Sequence record: SRR2962707_648
Length of the DNA stretch: 43,895 nt
Direction: 5' to 3' (one strand)
Position numbers and translations under genes: made by a program. Shown here piece by piece: positions 28,396 to 39,427 of this stretch (its first letter is position 1; every line of letters begins with the position of its first letter). The notes under the pieces are model-generated. The model saw nothing but the letters and a program-made list of their open reading frames with translations, was not told the DNA's origin and searched no databases.

Positions 28396-29526
28396 TTACT
28401 GAGCTTTTTTGGTTTTTACATCCAACCAAACCGCCAACAGCAAGATGCCTCCTTTGACGATCAACTGCCAAAACGTCGGCACATCCAACATGCTCATACC
28501 ATTGTCTAGGCTCGACATAATCAAGGCCCCCATGATGGCACCAAAAACAGTACCGACACCGCCCGCTAAGCTAGTCCCACCGATAACACACGCGGCAATC
28601 GCGTCCAGCTCAGCCATATTACCGGCGGCAGGCGACCCAGCGCCCAAGCGAGAAGTTAAAATTAACGCGGCGACGGCCACCATCACGCCATTGAACCCAA
28701 ACACAAACATCTTGTTTTTTTCCACGTTGACGCCAGACATCCTAGTGGCTTCGATGTTGCCACCAATGGCGTACACACGGCGCCCAAAGGCGGTTCTTTT
28801 GGCCACATAAGTCGCTACCAAAATCAGCGCTCCCATGATCAAAATTGGGGTCGGAATGCCTCGATAGCCTTCCAGTATCGCCAATAAAATCAACAGCACA
28901 GCCACCGATATAACAGCATTTAAGTATTCAAATTTGGCCGAACTGTTACTCACACCATGCTTATGTTGTGCTTGGCGACGGCGATACACCTTAGCAATCA
29001 CCCCCAGACACAAGAGCAACACCAAACTCACGCCCCAACCGGTTGGAACATAACTCTGACCAATGACACCTAATGCACCAGAGGTAGGCGCCACCGTAGC
29101 GCCATCGGTCAATCCCACCAAAATGCCACGAAACGCCAGCATCCCCGCCAAGGTCACGATAAAAGAAGGGACTTTTTGATACGCCACCCACCAGCCATTA
29201 AACAGCCCTAACAATAAGCCTGCTCCCATGGTGATCAAGACGGTCAACATAATAGGAAAGTGAAGCCAAACATCTAGAATCGCCGCAATGCCACCAAGCA
29301 AGCCCATCATAGAACCAACAGAAAGGTCGATTTCTGCACTGATTATGACAAACACCATGCCGATCGCTAGCACCCCTACAATGGCGGTTTGACGAAATAA
29401 GTTGGACACATTACGAGGTGAAATAAACGCGCCATCGGTGGCAAAAGAAAAGAACACCACGATCAAAAACATCGCAGCCAACATGGCTAACAGCTGCAAT
29501 TGATTGGTTTTTATTGTTTTTAACAT
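28396..29526 (-). CDS. xylH: D-xylose ABC permease
   Basis: [44 protein letters not shown] and SLDNGMSM motifs. Confidence 0.95.
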   Translation of the reverse strand: MLKTIKTNQLQLLAMLAAMFLIVVFFSFATDGAFISPRNVSNLFRQTAIVGVLAIGMVFVIISAEIDLSVGSMMGLLGGIAAILDVWLHFPIMLTVLITMGAGLLLGLFNGWWVAYQKVPSFIVTLAGMLAFRGILVGLTDGATVAPTSGALGVIGQSYVPTGWGVSLVLLLCLGVIAKVYRRRQAQHKHGVSNSSAKFEYLNAVISVAVLLILLAILEGYRGIPTPILIMGALILVATYVAKRTAFGRRVYAIGGNIEATRMSGVNVEKNKMFVFGFNGVMVAVAALILTSRLGAGSPAAGNMAELDAIAACVIGGTSLAGGVGTVFGAIMGALIMSSLDNGMSMLDVPTFWQLIVKGGILLLAVWLDVKTKKAQ

Positions 29527-29539
29527 TTTCGATATTTCC

Positions 29540-31066
29540 TTAAGCAAGTGCGGTGTCGTTAATGGCGCAGTTCATGATTTTTTCTTGCGTTAGCCCCTGA
29601 TAGCCAAATTCTCCTTTTAATTGGCCTTCATGCATCACCAATACTCGATCACTAATACCAATCACTTCTGGTAATTCGGAGGACACCATAATGATGGAAA
29701 CGCCTTCTTTCACGAGGGCAAACATCAACTTATAAATTTCGTATTTGGCGCCCACATCAATGCCTCGGGTCGGTTCATCCAAGATCAATATTTTGGGATT
29801 GGTTGAGAGAAAACGCGCAATAATGGCCTTTTGTTGATTACCACCACTGAGGTTTTTAATGGCCAGCTCTGAGGTGGCGGTTTTGACTTTAAGACGGGCT
29901 ATCGAGTCATGGACATCATGGGATTCTTTGTCTTCATCAATCGCCCCCCAAAGGGAGGTATAACGATCCAGAATCGACAAGGTAATATTGCGCCCCACGC
30001 CCATAATGGGCACTATGCCATGACGCTTTCGGTCTTCTGGCACCATGGCGATCCCGGCCTTTAATGCCGCCCGCTGGGAGCGTATCTGCAATGGCTTTCC
30101 TGCTAGCTCAAGCGTGGCCCGATATTGCCCCGCGTAACAACCATATATGCACTGCATAAGCTCAGTTCGACCGGAACCAATAAGACCAGCAATGCCTAGA
30201 ATTTCCCCTTTGCGAAGGGCAAAACTCACATCATCCACTTGCGGGCGAGACGCCCCTGCTTGAATGGCGTGTGCGTGATTGACTTGTAAAATTACCTCAC
30301 CAATCTGGTGGAATTCTCTAGGAAAAAGCTCGTCCAATTGACGCCCGACCATCATGCTAATGATGTCATTTTGAGTCAGCGTTGCCGCGGCTTTGGTGGC
30401 GATATGGTTACCATCTCGAATCACCGCGACCCAATCTGATAACGCCAGCACCTCGTCCAATTTGTGCGAGATATACACGCAGGCAATGCCCTGCTCTTTC
30501 AACCCATTGACAATGCCCAGTAAAATATCAATTTCATTATTGGTCAAAGACGAAGTCGGCTCATCAAGAATCAAAAGCTTCACATTTTTGTTCAGCGCTT
30601 TCGCAATCTCGACCAGTTGCTGCTGCCCCACACCCAACTCTCGAACCAAGGTATCGGGAGAAATATTAAGCTTTACTTGCGCTAATAACTCACGGGATCG
30701 ACTGTGCATCATGGCGTCATTTAAGCCCGCAAAAGAACCTAATTCGTTGCCTAAGAAAATATTCTCCATGACAGACAGTTCTTTCACGAGCGCCAATTCT
30801 TGATGAATAATGACAATGCCTAAGGTTTCTGTGTCTCGAATTCCGCTCGCCTTAACTTGCTGACCTTGAAAGTAAATCTCACCGTCATAGGACCCATAAG
30901 GCCATACGCCACTTAGCACCTTCATCAAGGTCGATTTACCTGAACCATTCTCACCGCACAGTGACAACACCTCGCCGTCACCCAAGGTAATACTGACTCC
31001 GTTTAACGCACGCACACCGGAAAAACTTTTCACGATATTGCGCATATCCAATAAGGGTTGTTTCAT
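29540..31066 (-). CDS. xylG: D-xylose ABC ATP-binding protein
   Basis: Double ABC domain: [42 protein letters not shown]. Start at ATG 31066 behind GAGG. Confidence 0.95.
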   Translation of the reverse strand: MKQPLLDMRNIVKSFSGVRALNGVSITLGDGEVLSLCGENGSGKSTLMKVLSGVWPYGSYDGEIYFQGQQVKASGIRDTETLGIVIIHQELALVKELSVMENIFLGNELGSFAGLNDAMMHSRSRELLAQVKLNISPDTLVRELGVGQQQLVEIAKALNKNVKLLILDEPTSSLTNNEIDILLGIVNGLKEQGIACVYISHKLDEVLALSDWVAVIRDGNHIATKAAATLTQNDIISMMVGRQLDELFPREFHQIGEVILQVNHAHAIQAGASRPQVDDVSFALRKGEILGIAGLIGSGRTELMQCIYGCYAGQYRATLELAGKPLQIRSQRAALKAGIAMVPEDRKRHGIVPIMGVGRNITLSILDRYTSLWGAIDEDKESHDVHDSIARLKVKTATSELAIKNLSGGNQQKAIIARFLSTNPKILILDEPTRGIDVGAKYEIYKLMFALVKEGVSIIMVSSELPEVIGISDRVLVMHEGQLKGEFGYQGLTQEKIMNCAINDTALA

Positions 31067-31121
31067 ACCGCCACCTCTATGAAAAGCAAAAGCGCTCTTG
31101 CGAGCGCCTACCGTGAATAAT

Positions 31122-32117
31122 TTAAGGGTTGTATATCTCTTTATGGGTATGGAAGCCATCCGCAATAATGGTGCTATCAATGTTGTCTTTAGACACAGCA
31201 ATCGGTGTTAGCAATACCGCAGGGACTTCTTTTTTGGCGTTGTTTACCGTGCTGTTCGTGCTGATTTTTTCACCGCGCGCCAACTTCACCGCCAGTTCGG
31301 CACTGGTGGTGGCCAATTTAGAAATGGGTTTGTACACCGTCATCGTTTGGCTGCCTGCGACAATGCGTCGAATCGCCGCCAAATCAGCGTCCTGCCCAGA
31401 AATAGCCACTTTACCCGCCAAGCCTTGAGCATTCAGCGCTTGAATTGCACCACCTGCGGTCGAGTCATTGGACGCCACCACGGCATCAATTTTATTCTGG
31501 TTTGCCGTCAGTCCATTTTCCATAATGTTCAGTGCGGCTTCGGCTGACCAGCCGGTGGCCCATTGGTCGCCCACGACCTTGATATCACCGCGTTCAATGG
31601 CTGGATTCAAAACATTCATCTGCCCTTCACGGAACATTTTGGCGTTATTGTCCGTTGGTGCTCCGCCTAGTAAAAAGTAGTTACCTTTTGGCACTCGCTT
31701 CATCAAGGCTTCGGCCTGCATTTCTCCGACTCGCACATTGTCGAATGACACATACAAGTCAATGTCTGCAAATTTAATCAAGCGGTCATAGGCCAGTACT
31801 TTAATGCCTTCTGCTTTTGCTTCTGACAGCACATTGCCCAGCACTTCACCGTTTTCTGCGACGATAACCAACACATCCACACCACGGGAAATCATGTTTT
31901 CGATTTGAGAAATCTGCGTGCTCGCATCCCCATTAGCGGATTGGGTATACACTTTTGCCCCCAAGGCTTGGGCCGCATGAGTAAAGAGGTCACTGTCTTT
32001 TTGCCAGCGTTCAAGACGTAAGTCAGACATCAACAAGCCAATTTTTTCACCGGCTGCCATCACTGGGCTAGCGGAGCAGATGACCGCCAATAGCCCAAGG
32101 GAAATGAGTTTCTTCAT
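31122..32117 (-). CDS. xylF: D-xylose ABC periplasmic binding protein
   Basis: DLRLERWQKD, QISQIENMISRGVDVL, AYDRLI, PTDNNAK, SGQDAD and TVYKPI motifs. Confidence 0.96.
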   Translation of the reverse strand: MKKLISLGLLAVICSASPVMAAGEKIGLLMSDLRLERWQKDSDLFTHAAQALGAKVYTQSANGDASTQISQIENMISRGVDVLVIVAENGEVLGNVLSEAKAEGIKVLAYDRLIKFADIDLYVSFDNVRVGEMQAEALMKRVPKGNYFLLGGAPTDNNAKMFREGQMNVLNPAIERGDIKVVGDQWATGWSAEAALNIMENGLTANQNKIDAVVASNDSTAGGAIQALNAQGLAGKVAISGQDADLAAIRRIVAGSQTMTVYKPISKLATTSAELAVKLARGEKISTNSTVNNAKKEVPAVLLTPIAVSKDNIDSTIIADGFHTHKEIYNP

Positions 32118-32237
32118 GTTACATTCCTTTTGTTTTTATTAAGTGAACGTTCTCCTGAAGGAGTTATTAAAAGGTAAGTAAATGAGCGAGATAGGGACAT
32201 TATCTTTTTTTGTTTGTGTGTAGCGTTTTTTATAAAA

Positions 32238-32278
32238 CAAAAAAAGCCACTTCCCGATATCGCTATCAAGAAGTGGCT
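32238..32278 (-). terminator. Terminator downstream of atoE
   Basis: AGCCACTTC...GAAGTGGCT stem (32245-32278) with a U-run on the minus strand. Confidence 0.7.
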
Positions 32279-32466
32279 CAAGCATTACCATTTTATAGAC
32301 GGTCAGAAGACCAGCTTAAGCAAGAACACAACCTCTTGCTTACAGCTCAGTAACAGCAGACACTCTTTCTAATACGGGGAAGCGACTTCTCTGGTCACCA
32401 TTAAAAAGAAGGCGTCTGCTGATTTCTTGTGGCAACCATTGTTGGCTGCCATGGTGTGCTGTGTCC

Positions 32467-33840
32467 TTAAAAAATTAAGAAGCCCAAGGAAATAATCACA
32501 CCAGAACCCAGTAATGCCATGATGCAATAACCCATTACGTCTTTCGCACCCAGACCGGCAATCGCTAACGCTGGTAATGCCCAGAAAGGCTGAATCATGT
32601 TTGTCCAAGCATCCCCCCAAGCAATCGCCATGGCGGTTTTCGCGGCATCCACTCCTAAAGCTGCACCGGCAGGCATCATCACAGGCGCTTGAACCGCCCA
32701 CTGACCGCCACCAGAAGGTACAAAGAAATTCACAATACCCGCGCTTAAGAAGGTAAAGAGAGGAAAGGTGGTTTCATTGGAAATCGACACAAACCATTGA
32801 GAAATGACGCCCGCCAATGACGCTCCGCCATCGCCGGTTGCTGTCATCATCCCCATAATGCCCGCATAGAAAGGGAACTGAAGCAGAATCCCAGAACAGT
32901 TACGCGCGCCTTGAGAAACCGAATTCAACAAGCTTTTTGGGGTTCCGTGAAGCAAGATCGCGGTGAACAAAAAGGTAAAGTTAACGATGTTTAAATTCAG
33001 CGCAAAGCCTTTAGTAACAAAGTAATAAATGATGTAAGCAAAGCCCATAGCGCCCAATAACAATGACAGTGTACGGCTGTTTTCCATCCGCTCTGCTGGT
33101 GTCATCTTGCCGGTTTTAGGCGCTTCAACTTTTTCTTCTTCAAGCAAGGACGCATCGATCGTGATGGTGTCTTGAGGCGCAGGGTGCATGAGTCGATTCA
33201 ACAAAGGAATCGCCACGAGCATCACCGCCAAAATGGTTAAGTTCATGGGTGAGAAAATCGTTTCTGAGGTAGGAATCGCCGACGTCACGGCGCCATTGGT
33301 CACCGTACTGATGTTGGCGCCACCCGCAATTGCCAACGGAATTGAGCCGGACAAGCCCGCATGCCAAAACAAGAAACCACTGTACGCAGAAGCGATCAAC
33401 AAACGGTAATCTACGCCTTTCACTTTTGCCGCTAATTCGCGGGCAAAAATCGCCCCAACAACCAAACCAAAGCCCCAGTTAACCCAACAAGCAAGGGCAC
33501 TGATTACCGTAACAAGAAGAATCGCTTGGCCCGGCGTTTTGGCCACGCCTGCCAACATTGCCAATTTGCGTTTAAACGCTGGTGCACTGGCCATCGCATG
33601 ACCGGTAACCACCACCATGGCCATCTGCATGGAGAAACTCAACAGTTTCCAAAAGCCCCCTGCCCATGCATTAACCACTTCCATCGGCCCTTGGTTAGTG
33701 CTTGGCATAACCAAGACAAACACCACCAGAGTAAGCACAATGGCGAAGATAAATGGGTCCGGTAGGTAACGTTGAAGAAGCGTAACGAAAAATTTACTCA
33801 AGCGCTGCAAAGCAGTCTGTTTTACTGCGTTATTAGTCAT
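32467..33840 (-). CDS. atoE: Short-chain fatty acid/acetoacetate transporter
   Basis: RYLPDPFIFA, FSMQMA, NWGFGLV, HAGLSGSIPL, QFPFYAGIMG, FVPSGGGQWAVQ and WGDAWTNMIQPFWALP motifs. Confidence 0.95.
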   Translation of the reverse strand: MTNNAVKQTALQRLSKFFVTLLQRYLPDPFIFAIVLTLVVFVLVMPSTNQGPMEVVNAWAGGFWKLLSFSMQMAMVVVTGHAMASAPAFKRKLAMLAGVAKTPGQAILLVTVISALACWVNWGFGLVVGAIFARELAAKVKGVDYRLLIASAYSGFLFWHAGLSGSIPLAIAGGANISTVTNGAVTSAIPTSETIFSPMNLTILAVMLVAIPLLNRLMHPAPQDTITIDASLLEEEKVEAPKTGKMTPAERMENSRTLSLLLGAMGFAYIIYYFVTKGFALNLNIVNFTFLFTAILLHGTPKSLLNSVSQGARNCSGILLQFPFYAGIMGMMTATGDGGASLAGVISQWFVSISNETTFPLFTFLSAGIVNFFVPSGGGQWAVQAPVMMPAGAALGVDAAKTAMAIAWGDAWTNMIQPFWALPALAIAGLGAKDVMGYCIMALLGSGVIISLGFLIF

Positions 33841-33952
33841 TGGGTTTCCCTAATATTATAGTTATTTTAGGTGAAAGCCAGAACGCTTGATAAGCGACCT
33901 GGCTTGGTTTTATATGGTTATATTTTTTATTTTCTGGCCTTCCTGACCCTTT

Positions 33953-35128
33953 CTAACGTGACACCAACATGGCAATCCCCATGCCTCCGCCAATGCAAAG
34001 CGTTGCCAATCCTTTATGGCGCTCTTGACGTTTCATTTCATGCAATAAGGTAATCAATATTCGACAGCCAGACGCCCCAATGGGATGACCCAAAGCAACG
34101 GCACCGCCATTTACATTGACCTTACTGGCATCCAAAGCAAGCTCTTGATTGACACACAATGCCTGTACGGCAAAGGCTTCATTGGCCTCAATCAAATCCA
34201 AATCTGCGATTGACCAATCGGCCTTCTCTAACACTTTTTTCGTCGCTGCAATCGGCCCTGTGCCCATGATTTCAGGAGCAACCCCGGCGCTGCTGACCGC
34301 TTCAATCACCGCCAATACTGGCAAGCCTAAACGTGCCGCTTCTTCATCTGAGGTCACTATCACCATGGCTGCACCATCGTTCAACGTGGAAGCATTGCCG
34401 GCTGTCACTGACCCTCCGCGGCTAAAGGCAGGTCGTAACTTAGCCAAGGCTTCTTCAGTTGCATTGGATCGAATTTGCTCATCCTGAGCAAAAATAACCG
34501 GCTCACCTTTGCGCTGTGGGATCACCACAGGAATAATCTCTTCCACAAAATGACCTGCCGCCTGCGCTCGAGCGGCTTTTTGTTGTGACTGTACGGCAAA
34601 GGCATCTTGCTCTTCACGGCTAATGTTCCATCGTGAGGCGATGTTTTCTGCGGTTTGTCCCATGTGATAATCGTTAAAGGCATCCCATAGGCCATCCGTC
34701 ACCATGGTATCCAGCATTTCCCAATTGCCCATTTTCTTACCAGAGCGGCTATTCGGCAGTACATGGGCCGCTTGGCTCATGCTTTCTTGACCACCGGCCA
34801 CCACCATTTTTGCGTCACCGTTTAATACCGCCTGTGCTGCGAGCTGAACCGCTTTTAAGCCAGAGCCACAGACTTTATTAATGGTCATAGCGGAAACTTG
34901 TTTGGTAAGACCGGCATGTATTGCCGTTTGACGGGCTGGGTTTTGACCACAGCCTGCGGCCAACACCTGGCCTAAAATCACTTCATCAATGTGTTCTTTC
35001 AGAACAGGTTCTTTGGCTAATAATCCACTGAGTAATTGAGTACCTATCTCAACGGCGCTTAAGGAAGACAAGGCACCATTAAAGGCACCAATCGGGGTTC
35101 TTCCAGCGGCAACAATGACTGCTTTCAT
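33953..35128 (-). CDS. atoB: Acetyl-CoA C-acetyltransferase (thiolase II)
   Basis: GQNPARQ, NKVCGSG, EANEAFA, GHPIGASG and TLCIGGGMG motifs; start at ATG 35128. Confidence 0.95.
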   Translation of the reverse strand: MKAVIVAAGRTPIGAFNGALSSLSAVEIGTQLLSGLLAKEPVLKEHIDEVILGQVLAAGCGQNPARQTAIHAGLTKQVSAMTINKVCGSGLKAVQLAAQAVLNGDAKMVVAGGQESMSQAAHVLPNSRSGKKMGNWEMLDTMVTDGLWDAFNDYHMGQTAENIASRWNISREEQDAFAVQSQQKAARAQAAGHFVEEIIPVVIPQRKGEPVIFAQDEQIRSNATEEALAKLRPAFSRGGSVTAGNASTLNDGAAMVIVTSDEEAARLGLPVLAVIEAVSSAGVAPEIMGTGPIAATKKVLEKADWSIADLDLIEANEAFAVQALCVNQELALDASKVNVNGGAVALGHPIGASGCRILITLLHEMKRQERHKGLATLCIGGGMGIAMLVSR

Positions 35129-35157
35129 GATTCTATTCTCCATTAACATAAGTCGGA

Positions 35158-35817
35158 TTAAGCAAACACCATTTCTGGTACATGATCAGGAACGATCAAT
35201 TTACCCTGTGTTTTTTCTTGGATTTCCTCTATAGAAACACCCGGTGCGCGTTCTTTCAAAATAAAAGCACCGTCTTCGATTTCCAACCAAGCCAAATCCG
35301 TTAAGACCTTCTTAATACACCCTTTTCCCGTTAATGGTAAGGCACACTCGCTCAATAATTTTGACTCACCTGATTTAGAGGCGTGCGTCATGGTGACGAT
35401 AATATTGTCAGCACCGGCGACCAAATCCATTGCGCCCCCCATGCCTTTAATCAATTTATTAGGAATCATCCAAGAGGCAATGTTGCCATTCACATCCACT
35501 TCAAACGCCCCCAAGACGGTAAGATCCACATGACCACCACGGATCATCGCGAACGACTCAGCAGACGAAAAGATAGACGCGCCTTTCACCGCGGTTACCG
35601 TTTGTTTGCCCGCATTGATCATGTCCGCATCAATCGTCTCTTCGCTCGGAAACTCGCCCATACCGAGCAAGCCATTTTCCGATTGCAGCATCACCTCCAT
35701 GCCTTCTGGAATAAAGTTCGCCACCAAGGTCGGAATACCAATGCCTAGGTTCACGTAAAAACCATCTTGTAACTCTCTAGCAACACGCTGTGCCATTTGT
35801 TCTCTAGTAAGTGCCAT
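35158..35817 (-). CDS. scoB: 3-oxoacid CoA-transferase subunit B (ScoB/AtoA/DhcB)
   Basis: VNLGIGIPT, catalytic QSENG, MIRGGH and KGMGGAMDL motifs. Confidence 0.94.
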   Translation of the reverse strand: MALTREQMAQRVARELQDGFYVNLGIGIPTLVANFIPEGMEVMLQSENGLLGMGEFPSEETIDADMINAGKQTVTAVKGASIFSSAESFAMIRGGHVDLTVLGAFEVDVNGNIASWMIPNKLIKGMGGAMDLVAGADNIIVTMTHASKSGESKLLSECALPLTGKGCIKKVLTDLAWLEIEDGAFILKERAPGVSIEEIQEKTQGKLIVPDHVPEMVFA

Positions 35818-35869
35818 CTTTGCGCCTCTTATTATTCGTCTATTTTATTCGTCAATATGACAGGGCATT

Positions 35870-36574
35870 TTAGTCTGCTGATCGGACAGTGCGTTTCTCG
35901 ATACGCTTTTCAAACGAACCTTGAATAATGCGATCAACGTAAATACCAGGCGTGTGAATTTGAGCGGGATCCAGTTCACCGACGTCGACGATCTCTTCCA
36001 CTTCAACCACTGTGATTTTTCCAGCCGTTGCCGCGAGAGGATTAAAGTTTTGCGCAGTATGGCGATAAATAACATTGCCGTAACGGTCTGCTTTCCAGCC
36101 TTTTACAATGGCAAAATCACCGGTAATGGCTTCTTCCATTAGGTATTCACGACCATTAAAGACTCGCGTCTCTTTGCCTTCACCAACAGGGGTACCAACA
36201 CCTGTCGCGGTAAAAAAGGCAGGAATACCCGCGCCGCCAGCGCGCATTTTTTCGGCAAGGGTGCCTTGAGGTGTGAGCTCGACTTCTAACTCACCTTGGA
36301 GGAGTTGCTTTTCAAAAAGGGCATTTTCACCCACATAAGAAGAAATCATTTTGCGAACTTGCTTATCTTCCAGCAAAACGCCTAAACCAAAACCATCCAC
36401 ACCACAGTTATTAGACACTATGGTGAGGTCACGGGTTTGTCGTCGTTTGATTTCTTGAATAAGATTTTCAGGAATACCACATAGACCGAAACCACCAGCC
36501 AGTACGGTCATGCCGTCTTCTAGCCCAGCCATGGCGTCTTCATAGGACGTGACTACTTTGTCAAAACCCGCCAT
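35870..36574 (-). CDS. scoA: 3-oxoacid CoA-transferase subunit A (ScoA/AtoD/DhcA)
   Basis: [31 protein letters not shown] and IHTPGIYV motifs. Confidence 0.94.
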   Translation of the reverse strand: MAGFDKVVTSYEDAMAGLEDGMTVLAGGFGLCGIPENLIQEIKRRQTRDLTIVSNNCGVDGFGLGVLLEDKQVRKMISSYVGENALFEKQLLQGELEVELTPQGTLAEKMRAGGAGIPAFFTATGVGTPVGEGKETRVFNGREYLMEEAITGDFAIVKGWKADRYGNVIYRHTAQNFNPLAATAGKITVVEVEEIVDVGELDPAQIHTPGIYVDRIIQGSFEKRIEKRTVRSAD

Positions 36575-36687
36575 TACTTTCTCCTAATTATTATTGTGTA
36601 AGAGTATTTTTATATTTTAAAAAAGTATCTGTTTTAAAAAGTATTGCGTAAACCTTCGAGTAACTTCAGTTTGACTCAGGACGATAA

Positions 36688-36702
36688 ATAAATTAATTTT
36701 AT
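36688..36702. promoter_or_regulatory. Candidate LysR T-N11-A box between scoA and the LysR gene
   Basis: ATAAA-TTAAT-TTTAT palindrome. The AT-rich context lowers its significance. Confidence 0.4.
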
Positions 36703-36734
36703 TTTTTATATTTATTAATAAGAATTACAAATAA

Positions 36735-37667
36735 ATGAATTTAAAACAGATACGCGCCTTTCTCGCCGTCGCCGACGCCATGAGTTTTGCCAGCGCAGCT
36801 AACCAGTTGCATCTATCACAACCGGCGCTCAGCTTATCGGTCAAAAGTCTTGAAGAGAGTCTCGGTGGCAAGCTGCTAACACGCACCACACGAACCCTTT
36901 CTCTCACCCCTGAGGGAGAAGCATTAGTGCCGATTGCTCGACGTATCTTGGCTCAATGGGAAAACGCCGAAGACGAGATGAAGCAACGTTTTGCGCTTCA
37001 ACTAGGCAAAATCTCCATCGCCTCTATGCCCTCTTTCGCGGCTTCACTGCTGCCCAAAGCCATCCATAACTACCACCAATGCTACCCCCATATTCAAGTC
37101 GCTATTGACGATGTATTGTCTGATATTGTCGTCGACATGGTGGGCAATAATCAGGTGGAGTTAGGCATTTGTTTTGAACCAACCAGCCTCTTGGATTTGG
37201 CGTTTTACCCGCTTTATGAAGATAACTTTATCGCCATCTTTCCAGAGCATCATCCGCTCAACGCAGAAGCGAAAATCACTTGGAAGGCGCTACTAGAATA
37301 CGACTTTATTACCTTACAGCGCCCTTCTAGTGTGCGTGCCATGATCGAAAATTCATTGCAAGACGCGGGCATGGAGCTCAAGGTCGCGTTCGATGCTCAT
37401 CAGTTAACCACTGTGGTCAGAATGGTCAGCGAAGGCATGGGGGTTGCGGTTGTCCCTGTTATTTGTCGCCAACAAGCCTACGAACAACACCTTAATTGCC
37501 GACCGATTGGTGAGCCAGAAATTGGCCGTCGTGTTGGCGTGGTTTGCAAACCCAGATCCAACCTTTCTATTGCGGCGGCGGCCATGCTGGACGTACTCAT
37601 TGATACTTATGCGACCATTGACGATGTCATGCCAACAAAAGATCGCAACGAAGCCCAGTCAATATAA
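36735..37667 (+). CDS. LysR-family regulator divergent from scoAB (DhcR-like)
   Basis: MNLKQIRAF...LHLSQPALS...RTTR HTH; position equivalent to P. aeruginosa dhcR. Confidence 0.92.
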   Translation: MNLKQIRAFLAVADAMSFASAANQLHLSQPALSLSVKSLEESLGGKLLTRTTRTLSLTPEGEALVPIARRILAQWENAEDEMKQRFALQLGKISIASMPSFAASLLPKAIHNYHQCYPHIQVAIDDVLSDIVVDMVGNNQVELGICFEPTSLLDLAFYPLYEDNFIAIFPEHHPLNAEAKITWKALLEYDFITLQRPSSVRAMIENSLQDAGMELKVAFDAHQLTTVVRMVSEGMGVAVVPVICRQQAYEQHLNCRPIGEPEIGRRVGVVCKPRSNLSIAAAAMLDVLIDTYATIDDVMPTKDRNEAQSI

Positions 37668-37791
37668 TATTGGTGTCACAAGCAACCTTGGCGCTTGCTG
37701 TTCATTGAACAAAAACGTTACGCTTTTAAGCAGTACAAAGGCGCGAGAAAAATAATAATTCATCCGGTTTGGTCATTGCACGGAGTCGACA

Positions 37792-39210
37792 ATGCCATTG
37801 AAAAAAACAGAAAAGCTCACACAAGCGGCGAACACCTATAAGTCGATTTTAAACGCCATGGAAGAATGGGTTGTGATCGTCGATCATCAGTCCAAAATCT
37901 TCTTTATCAATCGGCCATACGCGCGTTTTTTAGGAGTGAAAGCCGAAGACGTCAAAGGCAAAAAAGTCACCGACGTCATTGAGAACACCCGCATGCACAT
38001 CACAGTGCAAACCGGGAAAGCAGAACGCTTGTCACTGCAAAAAATCCTTGGCAGTAACATGATCGCTAATCGCTTCCCTATTATCGAACAAGGAGAAGTC
38101 ATTGGTGCCATTGGCACTGTGATTTTTCATGATACGCACGAATGGAAACAGATTAACACCCACATAAAAGCGCTATTAGCAGAACAGGACTTTCGTCGCC
38201 AAAAGCAGCTAACGTCGGATAAAACTCTTTCTGGAGCCAGCTTTCATCTTAATGATGTCATTGGCGACAGCCAGATCATGAAGGCCTTAAGCGCTAAAGT
38301 GAAGCAAGTCTCTTCTGGCGATGTGACTGTGTTAATTCGTGGCGAATCCGGTACTGGCAAGGAACTCTACGCCCACGCGATTCATCAATTGTCAGACCGT
38401 GCAGAGTTTCCTTTTATCAAGGTGAATTGTGCCGCCATTCCTGAAAACTTATTGGAAAGCGAACTATTCGGTTACGAAGAAGGCGCCTTTACTGGAGCCA
38501 AACGAGGCGGTAAAGCCGGTAAATTTCAACTCGCGAACGGTGGCACATTATTTCTTGATGAAATAGGAGATTTACCCTTACCCATGCAAGCCAAACTGCT
38601 GCGTGTCTTGCAAGACAGAGAGGTCGAATCCGTGGGCGGCACCCACGCCACCCCACTCAACATTCGCTTAATTACCGCGACACATCGCCCTCTAGAAAGC
38701 TTGATCGCATCAGGGGATTTTCGTGAAGACCTTTATTATCGTATTAATGTCGTGTCTATTGCCCTTCCGCCGTTACGAGAACGTCGTGAGGACATTGCCA
38801 AACTGGCCGATTTTTTCCTCCAAAAACTGTCACGTAGAACCGGCAGACGCGCCCCCAAACTTACGGTTCAAGCGCTTACCGCCATGCTGGCTTATGATTG
38901 GCCGGGCAATATTCGTGAGCTAGAAAACGTTATGGAAGCCGCTTTTTACACCAGCCATGACAGAAAAATCCCCTTGTCACTGCTGCCTGTTCAGTTAGCA
39001 AAAACGCCTCCTGTTGCAACGCCCACCCCAGCGGACTTGAGCGCTCGCCAAGCGTCGGGGAGTTTAAAGGAGCAACTGAATACAGCGGAAAGAAACATTA
39101 TCAAGGCAGCGCTCATCGAATGTGGCGACAACCGCACCAAGGCGGCCAAAAAGCTGGGTATAAGTAAGTCCACTTTCTATGAAAAAATCGACAAATATGG
39201 AATCAGCTGA
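37792..39210 (+). CDS. PAS-domain sigma54 enhancer-binding protein (HbcR-like)
   Basis: N-terminal PAS; GESGTGKE, ESELFGYEEGAFTGA, FLDEIG, WPGNIRELEN; Fis-type HTH AAKKLGISKSTFY. No receiver domain. Confidence 0.95.
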   Translation: MPLKKTEKLTQAANTYKSILNAMEEWVVIVDHQSKIFFINRPYARFLGVKAEDVKGKKVTDVIENTRMHITVQTGKAERLSLQKILGSNMIANRFPIIEQGEVIGAIGTVIFHDTHEWKQINTHIKALLAEQDFRRQKQLTSDKTLSGASFHLNDVIGDSQIMKALSAKVKQVSSGDVTVLIRGESGTGKELYAHAIHQLSDRAEFPFIKVNCAAIPENLLESELFGYEEGAFTGAKRGGKAGKFQLANGGTLFLDEIGDLPLPMQAKLLRVLQDREVESVGGTHATPLNIRLITATHRPLESLIASGDFREDLYYRINVVSIALPPLRERREDIAKLADFFLQKLSRRTGRRAPKLTVQALTAMLAYDWPGNIRELENVMEAAFYTSHDRKIPLSLLPVQLAKTPPVATPTPADLSARQASGSLKEQLNTAERNIIKAALIECGDNRTKAAKKLGISKSTFYEKIDKYGIS

Positions 39211-39250
39211 ACAACTTCTTTACGAAAAATCAACAAATACACCAAAAACC

Positions 39251-39338
39251 GTCCGAAAAATCGGTCTAACTCCGAATATTCGGACTGTTTTTTATAAAAA
39301 ATATCATTAATGTATCAAAATCGTCCGATTTTCCGGAA
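39251..39338. promoter_or_regulatory. Three GTCCG-N6-CGGAC-type upstream activator sequences
   Basis: GTCCGAAAAATCGGTC (39251-39266), CTCCGAATATTCGGAC (39270-39285) and GTCCGATTTTCCGGAA (39323-39338), all within an otherwise very AT-rich spacer. Confidence 0.75.
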
Positions 39339-39411
39339 AAAATATAGAATATTTCTTTCATGGAAAAACCAAAACCAAATAAACCATTGAAAAATAAAGA
39401 AAATAAAATTG

Positions 39412-39427
39412 TGGCATTCTTTTTGAA
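39412..39427 (+). promoter_or_regulatory. Sigma54 -24/-12 promoter for dctPQM-bdhA
   Basis: TGGCATTCTTTTTGAA versus the consensus TGGCACG-N4-TTGCW: correct GG-N10 spacing, with GA instead of GC at -12. Confidence 0.7.

Noticed and set aside
27739-28810. 169-aa and 133-aa plus-strand ORFs
   Set aside because: Antisense shadows of xylB and xylH.
32280-32466. Short hairpins and the tail of the 110-aa ORF downstream of atoE as a possible sRNA or gene
   Set aside because: The ORF overlaps atoE out of frame; the hairpins are short and non-repeating, with no promoter evidence.
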